64,000 nucleotides of DNA from Auanema rhodensis. Its lineage: Eukaryota; Animalia; Nematoda. A model generated the notes under the pieces. The model worked only from the letters and a program-made list of their open reading frames with translations, did not search any database and was not told where the DNA came from. Location of the stretch: positions 3,596,001-3,660,000 of the forward strand of contig OZ059897.1 in NCBI GenBank assembly GCA_964057225.1. Reading direction: 5' to 3'. Shown here piece after piece: positions 11,230 through 27,371 of this stretch. How positions within the stretch are numbered: the first letter of the stretch is position 1; every line of letters begins with the position of its first letter. Both the position numbers and the translations under genes were made by a program.

Positions 11230-14200
11230 ACCGAGATATCAACTGATATATGTTCACACTTATATCCTCGATTTTCACCCTGAAGAGATGATTTTTTCGT
11301 TGAATAACATTGTCCATCGTCTTCGTCTTGAAAAAAGGAATCTAAAAACATCTACTTTTGTGAAATTATTTAGAAATTTTTCGGGAAAATTTTTGTCAAA
11401 ATGTTTTTGGAAGCAATGTTGAGTGTACATGGGAACTCAACATACACTAATGCATTATTTTTCAAACGATCATAACTAATTCTTGTATAGAGCGTTTCTC
11501 AATGTAGTATAGTGCATTCGATGCGGATTTTTAAGCTACGTTGATCTGTGTTATCAGATTTGAGTTAGCTTAAAAATGCACCGAGATATCAACTGATATA
11601 TGTTCACACTTATATCCTCGATTTTCACCCTGAAGAGATGATTTTTTCGTTGAATAACATTGTCCATCTTCTTCGTCTTGAAAAAAGGAATCTAAAAACA
11701 TCTACTTTTTGTGAAATTATTTAGAAATTTTTCGGGAAAATTTTTGTCAAAATGTTTTTGGAAGCAATGTTGAGTGTACATGGGAACTCAACATACACTA
11801 ATGCATTATTTTTCAAACGATCATAACTAATTTTTGTATAGAGCGTTTCTCAATGTGGTATAGTGCATTCGATGCGGATTTTTAAGCTGCGTTGATCTGT
11901 GTTATCAGATTTGAGTTAACTTAAAAATGCACCGAGATATCAACTGATATATGTTCACACTTATATCCTCGATTTTCACCCTGAAGAGATGATTTTTTCG
12001 TTGAATAACATTGTCCATCGTCTTCGTCTTGAAAAAAGGAATCTAAAAACATCTACTTTTTGTGAAATTATTTAGAAATTTTTCGGGAAAATTTTTGTCA
12101 AAATGTTTTTGGAAGCAATGTTGAGTGTACATGGGAACTCAACATACACTAATGCATTATTTTTCAAACGATCATAACTAATTTTTGTATAGAGCGTTTC
12201 TCAATGTGGTATAGTGCATTCGATGCGGATTTTTAAGCTGCGTTGATCTGTGTTATCAGATTTGAGTTAACTTAAAAATGCACCGAGATATCAACTGATA
12301 TATGTTCACACTTATATCCTCGATTTTCACCCTGAAGAGATGATTTTTTCGTTGAATAACATTGTCCATCGTCTTCGTCTTGAAAAAAGGAATCTAAAAA
12401 CATCTACTTTTGTGAAATTATTTAGAAATTTTTCGGGAAAATTTTTGTCAAAATGTTTTTGGAAGCAATGTTGAGTGTACATGGGAACTCAACATACACT
12501 AATGCATTATTTTTCAAACGATCATAACTAATTCTTGTATAGAGCGTTTCTCAATGTAGTATAGTGCATTCGATGCGGATTTTTAAGCTACGTTGATCTG
12601 TGTTATCAGATTTGAGTTAGCTTAAAAATGCACCGAGATATCAACTGATATATGTTCACACTTATATCCTCGATTTTCACCCTGAAGAAATGATTTTTTC
12701 GTTGAATAACATTGTCCATCGTCTTCGTCTTGAAAAAAGGAATCTAAAAACATCTACTTTTGTGAAATTATTTAGAAATTTTTCGGGAAAATTTTTGTCA
12801 AAATGTTTTTGGAAGCAATGTTGAGTGTACATGGGAACTCAACATACACTAATGCATTATTTTTCAAACGATCATAACTAATTCTTGTATAGAGCGTTTC
12901 TCAATGTAGTATAGTGCATTCGATGCGGATTTTTAAGCTACGTTGATCTGTGTTATCAGATTTGAGTTAGCTTAAAAATGCACCGAGATATCAACTGATA
13001 TATGTTCACACTTATATCCTCGATTTTCACCCTGAAGAGATGATTTTTTCGTTGAATAACATTGTCCATCTTCTTCGTCTTGAAAAAAGGAATCTAAAAA
13101 CATCTACTTTTTGTGAAATTATTTAGAAATTTTTCGGGAAAATTTTTGTCAAAATGTTTTTGGAAGCAATGTTGAGTGTACATGGGAACTCAACATACAC
13201 TAATGCATTATTTTTCAAACGATCATAACTAATTTTTGTATAGAGCGTTTCTCATTGTGGTATAGTGCATTCGATGCGGATTTTTAAGCTGCGTTGATCT
13301 GTGTTATCAGATTTGAGTTAACTTAAAAATGCACCGAGATATCAACTGATATATGTTCACACTTATATCCTCGATTTTCACCCTGAAGAGATGATTTTTT
13401 CGTTGAATAACATTGTCCATCGTCTTCGTCTTGAAAAAAGGAATCTAAAAACATCTACTTTTTGTGAAATTATTTAGAAATTTTTCGGGAAAATTTTTGT
13501 CAAAATGTTTTTGGAAGCAATGTTGAGTGTACATGGGAACTCAACATACACTAATGCATTATTTTTCAAACGATCATAACTAATTTTTGTATAGAGCGTT
13601 TCTCAATGTGGTATAGTGCATTCGATGCGGATTTTTAAGCTGCGTTGATCTGTGTTATCAGATTTGAGTTAACTTAAAAATGCACCGAGATATCAACTGA
13701 TATATGTTCACACTTATATCCTCGATTTTCACCCTGAAGAGATGATTTTTTCGTTGAATAACATTGTCCATCGTCTTCGTCTTGAAAAAAGGAATCTAAA
13801 AACATCTACTTTTGTGAAATTATTTAGAAATTTTTCGGGAAAATTTTTGTCAAAATGTTTTTGGAAGCAATGTTGAGTGTACATGGGAACTCAACATACA
13901 CTAATGCATTATTTTTCAAACGATCATAACTAATTCTTGTATAGAGCGTTTCTCAATGTAGTATAGTGCATTCGATGCGGATTTTTAAGCTACGTTGATC
14001 TGTGTTATCAGATTTGAGTTAGCTTAAAAATGCACCGAGATATCAACTGATATATGTTCACACTTATATCCTCGATTTTCACCCTGAAGAAATGATTTTT
14101 TCGTTGAATAACATTGTCCATCTTCTTCGTCTTGGAAAAAGGAATCTAAAAACATCTACTTTTTGTGAAATTATTTAGAAATTTTTCGGGAAAATTTTTG

Positions 14201-16139
14201 TCAAAATGTTTTTGGAAGCAATGTTGAGTGTACATGGGAACTCAACATACACTAATGCATTATTTTTCAAACGATCATAACTAATTTTTGTATAGAGCGT
14301 TTCTCAATGTGGTATAGTGCATTCGATGCGGATTTTTAAGCTGCGTTGATCTGTGTTATCAGATTTGAGTTAACTTAAAAATGCACCGAGATATCAACTG
14401 ATATATGTTCACACTTATATCCTCGATTTTCACCCTGAAGAGATGATTTTTTCGTTGAATAACATTGTCCATCGTCTTCGTCTTGAAAAAAGGAATCTAA
14501 AAACACCTACTTTTTGTGAAATTATTTAGAAATTTTTCGGGAAAATTTTTGTCAAAATGTTTTTGGAAGCAATGTTGAGTGTACATGGGAACTCAACATA
14601 CACTAATGCATTATTTTTCAAACAATCATAACTAATTTTTGTATAGAGCGTTTCTCAATGTAGTATAGTGCATTCGATGCGGATTTTTAAGCTGCTTTGA
14701 TCTGTGTTATCAGATTTGAGTTAACTTAAAAATGCACCGAGATATCAACTGATATAGGTTCACACTTATATCCTCGATTTTCACCCTGAAGAGATGATTT
14801 TTTCGTTGAATAACATTGTCCATCGTCTTCGTCTTGAAAAAAGGAATCTAAAAACATCTACTTTTTGTGAAATTATTTAGAAATTTTTCGGGAAAATTTT
14901 TGTCAAAATGTTTTTGGAAGCAATGTTGAGTGTACATGGGAACTCAACATACACTAATGCATTATTTTTCAAACGATCATAACTAATTTTTGTATAGAGC
15001 GTTTCTCAATGTGGTATAGTGCATTCGATGCGGATTTTTAAGCTGCGTTGATCTGTGTTATCAGATTTGAGTTAACTTAAAAATGCACCGAGATATCAAC
15101 TGATATATGTTCACACTTATATCCTCGATTTTCACCCTGAAGAAATGATTTTTTCGTTGAATAACATTGTCCATCTTCTTCGTCTTGAAAAAAGGAATCT
15201 AAAAACATCTACTTTTTGTGAAATTATTTAGAAATTTTTCGGGAAAATTTTTGTCAAAATGTTTTTGGAAGCAATGTTGAGTGTACATGGGAACTCAACA
15301 TACACTAATGCATTATTTTTCAAACGATCATAACTAATTTTTGTATAGAGCGTTTCTCAATGTGGTATAGTGCATTCGATGCGGATTTTTAAGCTGCGTT
15401 GATCTGTGTTATCAGATTTGAGTTAACTTAAAAATGCACCGAGATATCAACTGATATATGTTCACACTTATATCCTCGATTTTCACCCTGAAGAGATGAT
15501 TTTTTCGTTGAATAACATTGTCCATCGTCTTCGTCTTGAAAAAAGGAATCTAAAAACACCTACTTTTTGTGAAATTATTTAGAAATTTTTCGGGAAAATT
15601 TTTGTCAAAATGTTTTTGGAAGCAATGTTGAGTGTACATGGGAACTCAACATACACTAATGCATTATTTTTCAAACAATCATAACTAATTTTTGTATAGA
15701 GCGTTTCTCAATGTAGTATAGTGCATTCGATGCGGATTTTTAAGCTGCTTTGATCTGTGTTATCAGATTTGAGTTAACTTAAAAATGCACCGAGATATCA
15801 ACTGATATAGGTTCACACTTATATCCTCGATTTTCACCCTGAAGAAATGATTTTTTCGTTGAAAAACATTGTCCATCGTATTCGTCTTGAAAAAAGGAAT
15901 CTAAAAACATCTACTTTTTGTGAAATTATTTAGAAATTTTTCAGGAAAATTTTTGTCAAAATGTTTTTGGAAGCAATGTTGAGTGTACATGGGAACTCAA
16001 CATACACTAATGCATTATTTTTCAAACGATCATAACTAATTTTTGTATAGAGCGTTTCTCAATGTGGTATAGTGCATTCGATGCGGATTTTTAAGCTGCG
16101 TTGATCTGTGTTATCAGATTTGAGTTAACTTAAAAATGC
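11230..16139 (+). repeat. Irregular trimer-type higher-order repeats (M33-M46)
   Basis: 350-bp monomers carrying the CTACTTTTG deletion plus TTCTT/CTACG start at 11230, 12282, 12632 and 13684. The CTTCTT then ACACCT/AACAATC pair repeats at 14034 and 15087 (1053 bp apart). Confidence 0.7.
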
Positions 16140-16490
16140 ACCGAGATATCAACTGATATATGTTCACACTTATATCCTCGATTTTCACCCTGAAGAGATG
16201 ATTTTTTCGTTGAATAACATTGTCCATCGTCTTCGTCTTGAAAAAAGGAATCTAAAAACATCTACTTTTTGTGAAATTATTTAGAAATTTTTCGGGAAAA
16301 TTTTTGTCAAAATGTTTTTGGAAGCAATGTTGAGTGTACATGGGAACTCAACATACACTAATGCATTATTTTTCAAACGATCATAACTTATTTTTGTATA
16401 GAGCGTTTCTCAATGTAGTGTAGTGCATTCGAAGCGGATTTTTAAGCTGCGTTGATCTGTGTTATCAGATTTGAGTTAGCTTAAAAATGC

Positions 16491-19400
16491 ACCGAGATAT
16501 CAACTGATATATGTTCACACTTATATCCTCGATTTTCACCCTGAAGAGATGATTTTTTCGTTGAATAACATTGTCCATCGTCTTCGTCTTGAAAAAAGGA
16601 ATCTAAAAACATCTACTTTTTGTGAAATTATTTAGAAATTTTTCGGGAAAATTTTTGTCAAAATGTTTTTGGAAGCAATGTTGAGTGTACATGGGAACTC
16701 AACATACACTAATGCATTATTTTTCAAACGATCATAACTTATTTTTGTATAGAGCGTTTCTCAATGTAGTGTAGTGCATTCGATGCGGATTTTTAAGCTG
16801 CGTCGATCTGTGTTATCCGATTTGAGCTAGCTTGAAAATGTACCGAGATATCAACTGATATAGGTTCACACTTATATCCTCGATTTTCACCCTGAAGAGA
16901 TGATTTTTTCGTTGAATAACATTGTCCATCGTCTTCGTCTTGAAAAAAGGAATCTAAAAACATCTACTTTTTGTGAAATTATTTAGAAATTTTTCGGGAA
17001 AATTTTTGTCAAAATGTTTTTGGAAGCAATGTTGAGTGTACATGGGAACTCAACATACACTAATGCATTATTTTTCAAACGATCATAACTAATTTTTGTA
17101 TAGAGCGTTTCTCAATGTGGTATAGTGCATTCGATGCGGATTTTTAAGCTGCGTTGATCTGTGTTATCAGATTTGAGTTAACTTAAAAATGCACCGAGAT
17201 ATCAACTGATATATGTTCACACTTATATCCTCGATTTTCACCCTGAAGAGATGATTTTTTCGTTGAATAACATTGTCCATCGTCTTCGTCTTGAAAAAAG
17301 GAATCTAAAAACATCTACTTTTTGTGAAATTATTTAGAAATTTTTCGGGAAAATTTTTGTCAAAATGTTTTTGGAAGCAATGTTGAGTGTACATGGGAAC
17401 TCAACATACACTAATGCATTATTTTTCAAACGATCATAACTAATTTTTGTATAGAGCGTTTCTCAATGTAGTATAGTGCATTCGATGCGGATTTTTAAGC
17501 TGCGTCGATCTGTGTTATCAGATTTGAGTTAGCTTAAAAATGCACCGAGATATCAACTGATATATGTTCACACTCATATCCTCGATTATCACCCTGAAGA
17601 ATTGATTTTTTCGTTGAAAAACATTGTCCATCGTATTTTTCTTGAAAAAAGGAATCTAAAAACATCTACTTTTTGTGAAATTATTTAGAAATTTTTCGGG
17701 AAAATTTTTGTCAAAATGTTTTTGGAAGCAATGTTGAGTGTACATGGGAACTCAACATACACTAATGCATTATTTTTCAAACGATCATAACTTATTTTTG
17801 TATAGAGCGTTTCTCAATGTAGTGTAGTGCATTCGAAGCGGATTTTTAAGCTGCGTTGATCTGTGTTATCAGATTTGAGTTAGCTTAAAAATGCACCGAG
17901 ATATCAACTGATATATGTTCACACTTATATCCTCGATTTTCACCCTGAAGAGATGATTTTTTCGTTGAATAACATTGTCCATCGTCTTCGTCTTGAAAAA
18001 AGGAATCTAAAAACATCTACTTTTTGTGAAATTATTTAGAAATTTTTCGGGAAAATTTTTGTCAAAATGTTTTTGGAAGCAATGTTGAGTGTACATGGGA
18101 ACTCAACATACACTAATGCATTATTTTTCAAACGATCATAACTTATTTTTGTATAGAGCGTTTCTCAATGTAGTGTAGTGCATTCGATGCGGATTTTTAA
18201 GCTGCGTCGATCTGTGTTATCCGATTTGAGCTAGCTTGAAAATGTACCGAGATATCAACTGATATAGGTTCACACTTATATCCTCGATTTTCACCCTGAA
18301 GAGATGATTTTTTCGTTGAATAACATTGTCCATCGTCTTCGTCTTGAAAAAAGGAATCTAAAAACATCTACTTTTTGTGAAATTATTTAGAAATTTTTCG
18401 GGAAAATTTTTGTCAAAATGTTTTTGGAAGCAATGTTGAGTGTACATGGGAACTCAACATACACTAATGCATTATTTTTCAAACGATCATAACTAATTTT
18501 TGTATAGAGCGTTTCTCAATGTGGTATAGTGCATTCGATGCGGATTTTTAAGCTGCGTTGATCTGTGTTATCAGATTTGAGTTAACTTAAAAATGCACCG
18601 AGATATCAACTGATATATGTTCACACTTATATCCTCGATTTTCACCCTGAAGAAATGATTTTTTCGTTGAATAACATTGTCCATCGTCTTCGTCTTGAAA
18701 AAAGGAATCTAAAAACATCTACTTTTTGTGAAATTATTTAGAAATTTTTCGGGAAAATTTTTGTCAAAATGTTTTTGGAAGCAATGTTGAGTGTACATGG
18801 GAACTCAACATACACTAATGCATTATTTTTCAAACGATCATAACTAATTTTTGTATAGAGCGTTTCTCAATGTAGTATAGTGCATTCGATGCGGATTTTT
18901 AAGCTGCGTCGATCTGTGTTATCAGATTTGAGTTAGCTTAAAAATGCACCGAGATATCAACTGATATATGTTCACACTCATATCCTCGATTATCACCCTG
19001 AAGAATTGATTTTTTCGTTGAAAAACATTGTCCATCGTATTTTTCTTGAAAAAAGGAATCTAAAAACATCTACTTTTTGTGAAATTATTTAGAAATTTTT
19101 CGGGAAAATTTTTGTCAAAATGTTTTTGGAAGCAATGTTGAGTGTACATGGGAACTCAACATACACTAATGCATTATTTTTCAAACGATCATAACTAATT
19201 CTTGTATAGAGCGTTTCTCAATGTAGTATAGTGCATTCGATGCGGATTTTTAAGCTGCGTTGATCTGTGTTATCAGATTTGAGTTAGCTTAAAAATGCAC
19301 CGAGATATCAACTGATATATGTTCACACTTATATCCTCGATTTTCACCCTGAAGAGATGATTTTTTCGTTGAATAACATTGTCCATCGTCTTCGTCTTGA

Positions 19401-20702
19401 AAAAAGGAATCTAAAAACATCTACTTTTTGTGAAATTATTTAGAAATTTTTCGGGAAAATTTTTGTCAAAATGTTTTTGGAAGCAATGTTGAGTGTACAT
19501 GGGAACTCAACATACACTAATGCATTATTTTTCAAACGATCATAACTTATTTTTGTATAGAGCGTTTCTCAATGTAGTGTAGTGCATTCGATGCGGATTT
19601 TTAAGCTGCGTCGATCTGTGTTATCCGATTTGAGCTAGCTTGAAAATGTACCGAGATATCAACTGATATAGGTTCACACTTATATCCTCGATTTTCACCC
19701 TGAAGAGATGATTTTTTCGTTGAATAACATTGTCCATCGTCTTCGTCTTGAAAAAAGGAATCTAAAAACATCTACTTTTTGTGAAATTATTTAGAAATTT
19801 TTCGGGAAAATTTTTGTCAAAATGTTTTTGGAAGCAATGTTGAGTGTACATGGGAACTCAACATACACTAATGCATTATTTTTCAAACGATCATAACTAA
19901 TTTTTGTATAGAGCGTTTCTCAATGTGGTATAGTGCATTATATGCGGATTTTTAAGCTGCGTTGATCTGTGTTATCAGATTTGAGTTAACTTAAAAATGC
20001 ACCGAGATATCAACTGATATATGTTCACACTTATATCCTCGATTTTCACCCTGAAGAGATGATTTTTTCGTTGAATAACATTGTCCATCGTCTTCGTCTT
20101 GAGAAAAGGAATCTAAAAACATCTACTTTTTGTGAAATTATTTAGAAATTTTTCGGGAAAATTTTTGTCAAAATGTTTTTGGAAGCAATGTTGAGTGTAC
20201 ATGGGAACTCAACATACACTAATGCATTATTTTTCAAACGATCATAACTAATTTTTGTATAGAGCGTTTCTCAATGTAGTATAGTGCATTCGATGCGGAT
20301 TTTTAAGCTGCGTCGATCTGTGTTATCAGATTTGAGTTAGCTTAAAAATGCACCGAGATATCAACTGATATATGTTCACACTCATATCCTCGATTATCAC
20401 CCTGAAGAATTGATTTTTTCGTTGAAAAACATTGTCCATCGTATTTTTCTTGAAAAAAGGAATCTAAAAACATCTACTTTTTGTGAAATTATTTAGAAAT
20501 TTTTCGGGAAAATTTTTGTCAAAATGTTTTTGGAAGCAATGTTGAGTGTACATGGGAACTCAACATACACTAATGCATTATTTTTCAAACGATCATAACT
20601 AATTCTTGTATAGAGCGTTTCTCAATGTAGTATAGTGCATTCGATGCGGATTTTTAAGCTGCGTTGATCTGTGTTATCAGATTTGAGTTAGCTTAAAAAT
20701 GC
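16491..20702 (+). repeat. 4-monomer higher-order repeat (1404 bp), three tandem copies; a related unit follows at 21405-22808
   Basis: The variant tail TTATCCGATTTGAGCTAGCTTGAAAATGT ends M48, M52 and M56. CACTCA/GATTATC/GAATTG-type monomers start at 17544, 18948 and 20352. Both series have 1404-bp spacing. Confidence 0.85.
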
Positions 20703-22808
20703 ACCGAGATATCAACTGATATATGTTCACACTTATATCCTCGATTTTCACCTTGAAGAAATGATTTTTTCGTTGAATAACATTGTCCATCGTCTTCGTC
20801 TTGAAAAAAGGAATCTAAAAACATCTACTTTTTGTGAAATTATTTAGAAATTTTTCGGGAAAATTTTTGTCAAAATGTTTTTGGAAGCAATGTTGAGTGT
20901 ACATGGGAACTCAACATACACTAATGCATTATTTTTCAAACGATCATAACTAATTTTTGTATAGAGCGTTTCTCAATGTGGTATAGTGCATTCGATGCGG
21001 ATTTTTAAGCTGCGTTGATCTGTGTTATCAGATTTGAGTTAACTTAAAAATGCACCGAGATATCAACTGATATATGTTCACACTTATATCCTCGATTTTC
21101 ACCCTGAAGAGATGATTTTTTCGTTGAATAACATTGTCCATCGTCTTCGTCTTGAAAAATGGAATCTAAAAACATCTACTTTTTGTGAAATTATTTAGAA
21201 ATTTTTCGGGAAAATTTTTGTCAAAATGTTTTTGGAAGCAATGTTGAGTGTACATGGGAACTCAACATACACTAATGCATTATTTTTCAAACGATCATAA
21301 CTTATTTTTGTATAGAGCGTTTCTCAATGTAGTGTAGTGCATTCGAAGCGGATTTTTAAGCTGCGTTGATCTGTGTTATCAGATTTGAGTTAGCTTAAAA
21401 ATGCACCGAGATATCAACTGATATATGTTCACACTTATATCCTCGATTTTCACCCTGAAGAGATGATTTTTTCGTTGAATAACATTGTCCATCGTCTTCG
21501 TCTTGAAACAAGGAATCTAAAAACATCTACTTTTTGTGAAATTATTTAGAAATTTTTCGGGAAAATTTTTGTCAAAATGTTTTTGGAAGCAATGTTGAGT
21601 GTACATGGGAACTCAACATACACTAATGCATTATTTTTCAAACGATCATAACTTATTTTTGTATAGAGCGTTTCTCAATGTAGTGTAGTGCATTCGATGC
21701 GGATTTTTAAGCTGCGTCGATCTGTGTTATCCGATTTGAGCTAGCTTGAAAATGTACCGAGATATCAACTGATATAGGTTCACACTTATATCCTCGATTT
21801 TCACCCTGAAGAGATGATTTTTTCGTTGAATAACATTGTCCATCGTCTTCGCCTTGAAAAAAGGAATCTAAAAACATCTACTTTTTGTGAAATTATTTAG
21901 AAATTTTTCGGGAAAATTTTTGTCAAAATGTTTTTGGAAGCAATGTTGAGTGTACATGGGAACTCAGCATACACTAATGCATTATTTTTCAAACGATAAT
22001 AACTAATTTTTGTATAGAGCGTTTCTCAATGTGGTATAGTGCATTCGATGCGGATTTTTAAGCTGCGTTGATCTGTGTTATCAGATTTGAGTTAACTTAA
22101 AAATGCACCGAAATATCAACTGATATATGTTCACACTTATATCCTCGATTTTCACCCTGAAGAGATGATTTTTTCGTTGAATAACATTGTCCATCGTCTT
22201 CGTCTTGAAAAAAGGAATCTAAAAACATCTACTTTTTGTGAAATTATTTAGAAATTTTTCGGGAAAATTTTTGTCAAAATGTTTTTGGAAGCAATGTTGA
22301 GTGTACATGGGAACTCAACATACACTAATGCATTATTTTTCAAACGATCATAACTAATTTTTGTATAGAGCGTTTTTCAATGTAGTATAGTGCATTCGAT
22401 GCGGATTTTTAAGCTGCGTCGATCTGTGTTATCAGATTTGAGTTAGCTTAAAAATGCACCGAGATATCAACTGATATATGTTCACACTCATATCCTCGAT
22501 TATCACCCTGAAGAATTGATTTTTTCGTTGAAAAACATTGTCCATCGTATTTTTCTTGAAAAAAGGAATCTAAAAACATCTACTTTTTGTGAAATTATTT
22601 AGAAATTTTTCGGGAAAATTTTTGTCAAAATGTTTTTGGAAGCAATGTTGAGTGTACATGGGAACTCAACATACACTAATGCATTATTTTTCAAACGATC
22701 ATAACTAATTCTTGTATAGAGCGTTTCTCAATGTAGTATAGTGCATTCGATGCGGATTTTTAAGCTGCGTTGATCTGTGTTATCAGATTTGAGTTAGCTT
22801 AAAAATGC

Positions 22809-25800
22809 ACCGAGATATCAACTGATATATGTTCACACTTATATCCTCGATTTTCACCCTGAAGAAATGATTTTTTCGTTGAATAACATTGTCCATCGTC
22901 TTCGTCTTGAAAAAAGGAATCTAAAAACATCTACTTTTTGTGAAATTATTTAGAAATTTTTCGGGAAAATTTTTGTCAAAATGTTTTTGGAAGCAATGTT
23001 GAGTGTACATGGGAACTCAGCATACACTAATGCATTATTTTTCAAACGATAATAACTAATTTTTGTATAGAGCGTTTCTCAATGTAGTATAGTGCATTCG
23101 ATGCGGATTTTTAAGCTGCGTCGATCTGTGTTATCCGATTTGAGCTAGCTTGAAAATGTACCGAGATATCAACTGATATATGTTCACACTTATATCCTCG
23201 ATTTTCACCCTGAAGAAATGATTTTTTCGTTGAATAACATTGTCCATCATCTTCGTCTTGAAAAAAGGAATCTAAAAACATCTACTTTTTGTGAAATTAT
23301 TCAGAAATTTTTCGGGAAAATTTTTGTCAAAATGTTTTTGGAAGCAATGTTGAGTGTACATGGGAACTCAACATACACTAATGCATTATTTTTCAAACGA
23401 TCATAACTAATTTTTGTATAGAGCGTTTCTCAATGTAGTATAGTGCATTCGATGCGGATTTTTAAGCTGCGTCGATCTGTGTTATCAGATTTGAGTTAGC
23501 TTAAAAATGCACCGAGATATCAACTGATATATGTTCACACTTATATCCTCGATTTTCACCCTGAAGAAATGATTTTTTCGTTGAATAACATTGTCCATCG
23601 TCTTAGTCTTGAAAAAAGGAAACTGAAAACATCTACTTTTTGTGAAATTATTTAGAAATTTTTCGGGAAAATTTTTGTCAAAATGTTTTTGGAAGCAATA
23701 TTGAGTGTACATGGGAACTCAACATACACTAATGCATTATTTTTCAAACGATCATAACTAATTCTTGTAAATAGCGTTTCTCAATGTAGTATAGTGCATT
23801 CGATGCGGATTTTTAAGCTGCGTGGATCTGTGTTATCAGATTTGAGTTAGCTTAAAAATGCACCGAGATATCAACTGATATAGGTTCACACTTATATCCT
23901 CGATTTTCACCCTGAAGAAATGATTTTTTCGTTGAAAAACATTGTCCATCGTATTCGTCTTGAAAAAAGGAATCTAAAAACATCTACTTTTTGTGAAATT
24001 ATTTAGAAATTTTTCGGGAAAATTTTTGTCAAAATGTTTTTGGAAGCAATGTTGAGTGTACATGGGAACTCAGCATACACTAATGCATTATTTTTCAAAC
24101 GATAATAACTAATTTTTGTATAGAGCGTTTCTCAATGTGGTATAGTGCATTCGATGCGGATTTTTAAGCTGCGTTGATCTGTGTTATCAGATTTGAGTTA
24201 ACTTAAAAATGCACCGAGATATCAACTGATATATGTTCACACTTATATCCTCGATTTTCACCCTGAAGAGATGATTTTTTCGTTGAATAACATTGTCCAT
24301 CGTCTTCGTCTTGAGAAAAGGAATCTAAAAACATCTACTTTTTGTGAAATTATTTAGAAATTTTTCGGGAAAATTTTTGTCAAAATGTTTTTGGAAGCAA
24401 TGTTGAGTGTACATGGGAACTCAACATACACTAATGCATTATTTTTCAAACGATCATAACTAATTCTTGTATAGAGCGTTTCTCAATGTAGTATAGTGCA
24501 TTCGATGCGGATTTTTAAGCTGCGTTGATCTGTGTTATCAGATTTGAGTTAGCTTAAAAATGCACCGAGATATCAACTGATATATGTTCACACTTATATC
24601 CTCGATTTTCACCCTGAAGAAATGATTTTTTCGTTGAATAACATTGTCCATCGTCTTCGTCTTGAAAAAAGGAATCTAAAAACATCTACTTTTTGTGAAA
24701 TTATTTAGAAATTTTTCGGGAAAATTTTTGTCAAAATGTTTTTGGAAGCAATGTTGAGTGTACATGGGAACTCAGCATACACTAATGCTTTATTTTTCAA
24801 ACGATAATAACTAATTTTTGTATAGAGCGTTTCTCAATGTAGTATAGTGCATTCGATGCGGATTTTTAAGCTGCGTCGATCTGTGTTATCCGATTTGAGC
24901 TAGCTTGAAAATGTACCGAGATATCAACTGATATATGTTCACACTTATATCCTCGATTTTCACCCTGAAGAAATGATTTTTTCGTTGAATAACATTGTCC
25001 ATCATCTTCGTCTTGAAAAAAGGAATCTAAAAACATCTACTTTTTGTGAAATTATTCAGAAATTTTTCGGGAAAATTTTTGTCAAAATGTTTTTGGAAGC
25101 AATGTTGAGTGTACATGGGAACTCAACATACACTAATGCATTATTTTTCAAACGATCATAACTAATTTTTGTATAGAGCGTTTCTCAATGTAGTATAGTG
25201 CATTCGATGCGGATTTTTAAGCTGCGTCGATCTGTGTTATCAGATTTGAGTTAGCTTAAAAATGCACCGAGATATCAACTGATATATGTTCACACTTATA
25301 TCCTCGATTTTCACCCTGAAGAAATGATTTTTTCGTTGAATAACATTGTCCATCGTCTTAGTCTTGAAAAAAGGAAACTGAAAACATCTACTTTTTGTGA
25401 AATTATTTAGAAATTTTTCGGGAAAATTTTTGTCAAAATGTTTTTGGAAGCAATATTGAGTGTACATGGGAACTCAACATACACTAATGCATTATTTTTC
25501 AAACGATCATAACTAATTCTTGTAAATAGCGTTTCTCAATGTAGTATAGTGCATTCGATGCGGATTTTTAAGCTGCGTGGATCTGTGTTATCAGATTTGA
25601 GTTAGCTTAAAAATGCACCGAGATATCAACTGATATAGGTTCACACTTATATCCTCGATTTTCACCCTGAAGAAATGATTTTTTCGTTGAAAAACATTGT
25701 CCATCGTATTCGTCTTGAAAAAAGGAATCTAAAAACATCTACTTTTTGTGAAATTATTTAGAAATTTTTCGGGAAAATTTTTGTCAAAATGTTTTTGGAA

Positions 25801-27371
25801 GCAATGTTGAGTGTACATGGGAACTCAGCATACACTAATGCATTATTTTTCAAACGATAATAACTAATTTTTGTATAGAGCGTTTCTCAATGTGGTATAG
25901 TGCATTCGATGCGGATTTTTAAGCTGCGTTGATCTGTGTTATCAGATTTGAGTTAACTTAAAAATGCACCGAGATATCAACTGATATATGTTCACACTTA
26001 TATCCTCGATTTTCACCCTGAAGAGATGATTTTTTCGTTGAATAACATTGTCCATCGTCTTCGTCTTGAGAAAAGGAATCTAAAAACATCTACTTTTTGT
26101 GAAATTATTTAGAAATTTTTCGGGAAAATTTTTGTCAAAATGTTTTTGGAAGCAATGTTGAGTGTACATGGGAACTCAACATACACTAATGCATTATTTT
26201 TCAAACGATCATAACTAATTTTTGTATAGAGCGTTTCTCAATGTAGTATAGTGCATTCGATGCGGATTTTTAAGCTGCGTCGATCTGTGTTATCAGATTT
26301 GAGTTAGCTTAAAAATGCACCGAGATATCAACTGATATATGTTCACACTTATATCCTCGATTTTCACCCTGAAGAAATGATTTTTTCGTTGAATAACATT
26401 GTCCATCGTCTTAGTCTTGAAAAAAGGAAACTGAAAACATCTACTTTTTGTGAAATTATTTAGAAATTTTTCGGGAAAATTTTTGTCAAAATGTTTTTGG
26501 AAGCAATATTGAGTGTACATGGGAACTCAACATACACTAATGCATTATTTTTCAAACGATCATAACTAATTCTTGTAAATAGCGTTTCTCAATGTAGTAT
26601 AGTGCATTCAATGCGGATTTTTAAGCTGCGTGGATCTGTGTTATCAGATTTGAGTTAGCTTAAAAATGCACCGAGATATCAACTGATATAGGTTCACACT
26701 TATATCCTCGATTTTCACCCTGAAGAAATGATTTTTTCGTTGAAAAACATTGTCCATCGTATTCGTCTTGAAAAAAGGAATCTAAAAACATCTACTTTTT
26801 GTGAAATTATTTAGAAATTTTTCGGGAAAATTTTTGTCAAAATGTTTTTGGAAGCAATGTTGAGTGTACATGGGAACTCAGCATACACTAATGCATTATT
26901 TTTCAAACGATAATAACTAATTTTTGTATAGAGCGTTTCTCAATGTGGTATAGTGCATTCGATGCGGATTTTTAAGCTGCGTTGATCTGTGTTATCAGAT
27001 TTGAGTTAACTTAAAAATGCACCGAGATATCAACTGATATATGTTCACACTTATATCCTCGATTTTCACCCTGAAGAGATGATTTTTTCGTTGAATAACA
27101 TTGTCCATCGTCTTCGTCTTGAGAAAAGGAATCTAAAAACATCTACTTTTTGTGAAATTATTTAGAAATTTTTCGGGAAAATTTTTGTCAAAATGTTTTT
27201 GGAAGCAATGTTGAGTGTACATGGGAACTCAACATACACTAATGCATTATTTTTCAAACGATCATAACTTATTTTTGTATAGAGCGTTTCTCAATGTAGT
27301 GTAGTGCATTCGATGCGGATTTTTAAGCTGCGTCGATCTGTGTTATCCGATTTGAGCTAGCTTGAAAATGT
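22809..27371 (+). repeat. 5-monomer repeat (1755 bp, two copies) overlapping a 3-monomer repeat (1053 bp, two copies)
   Basis: CATCAT/ATTCAG monomers start at 23160 and 24915. CTTAGT/GGAAACTG/GCAATAT monomers start at 23511, 25266 and 26319. ORF-track offsets are 1755 and 1053. Confidence 0.85.
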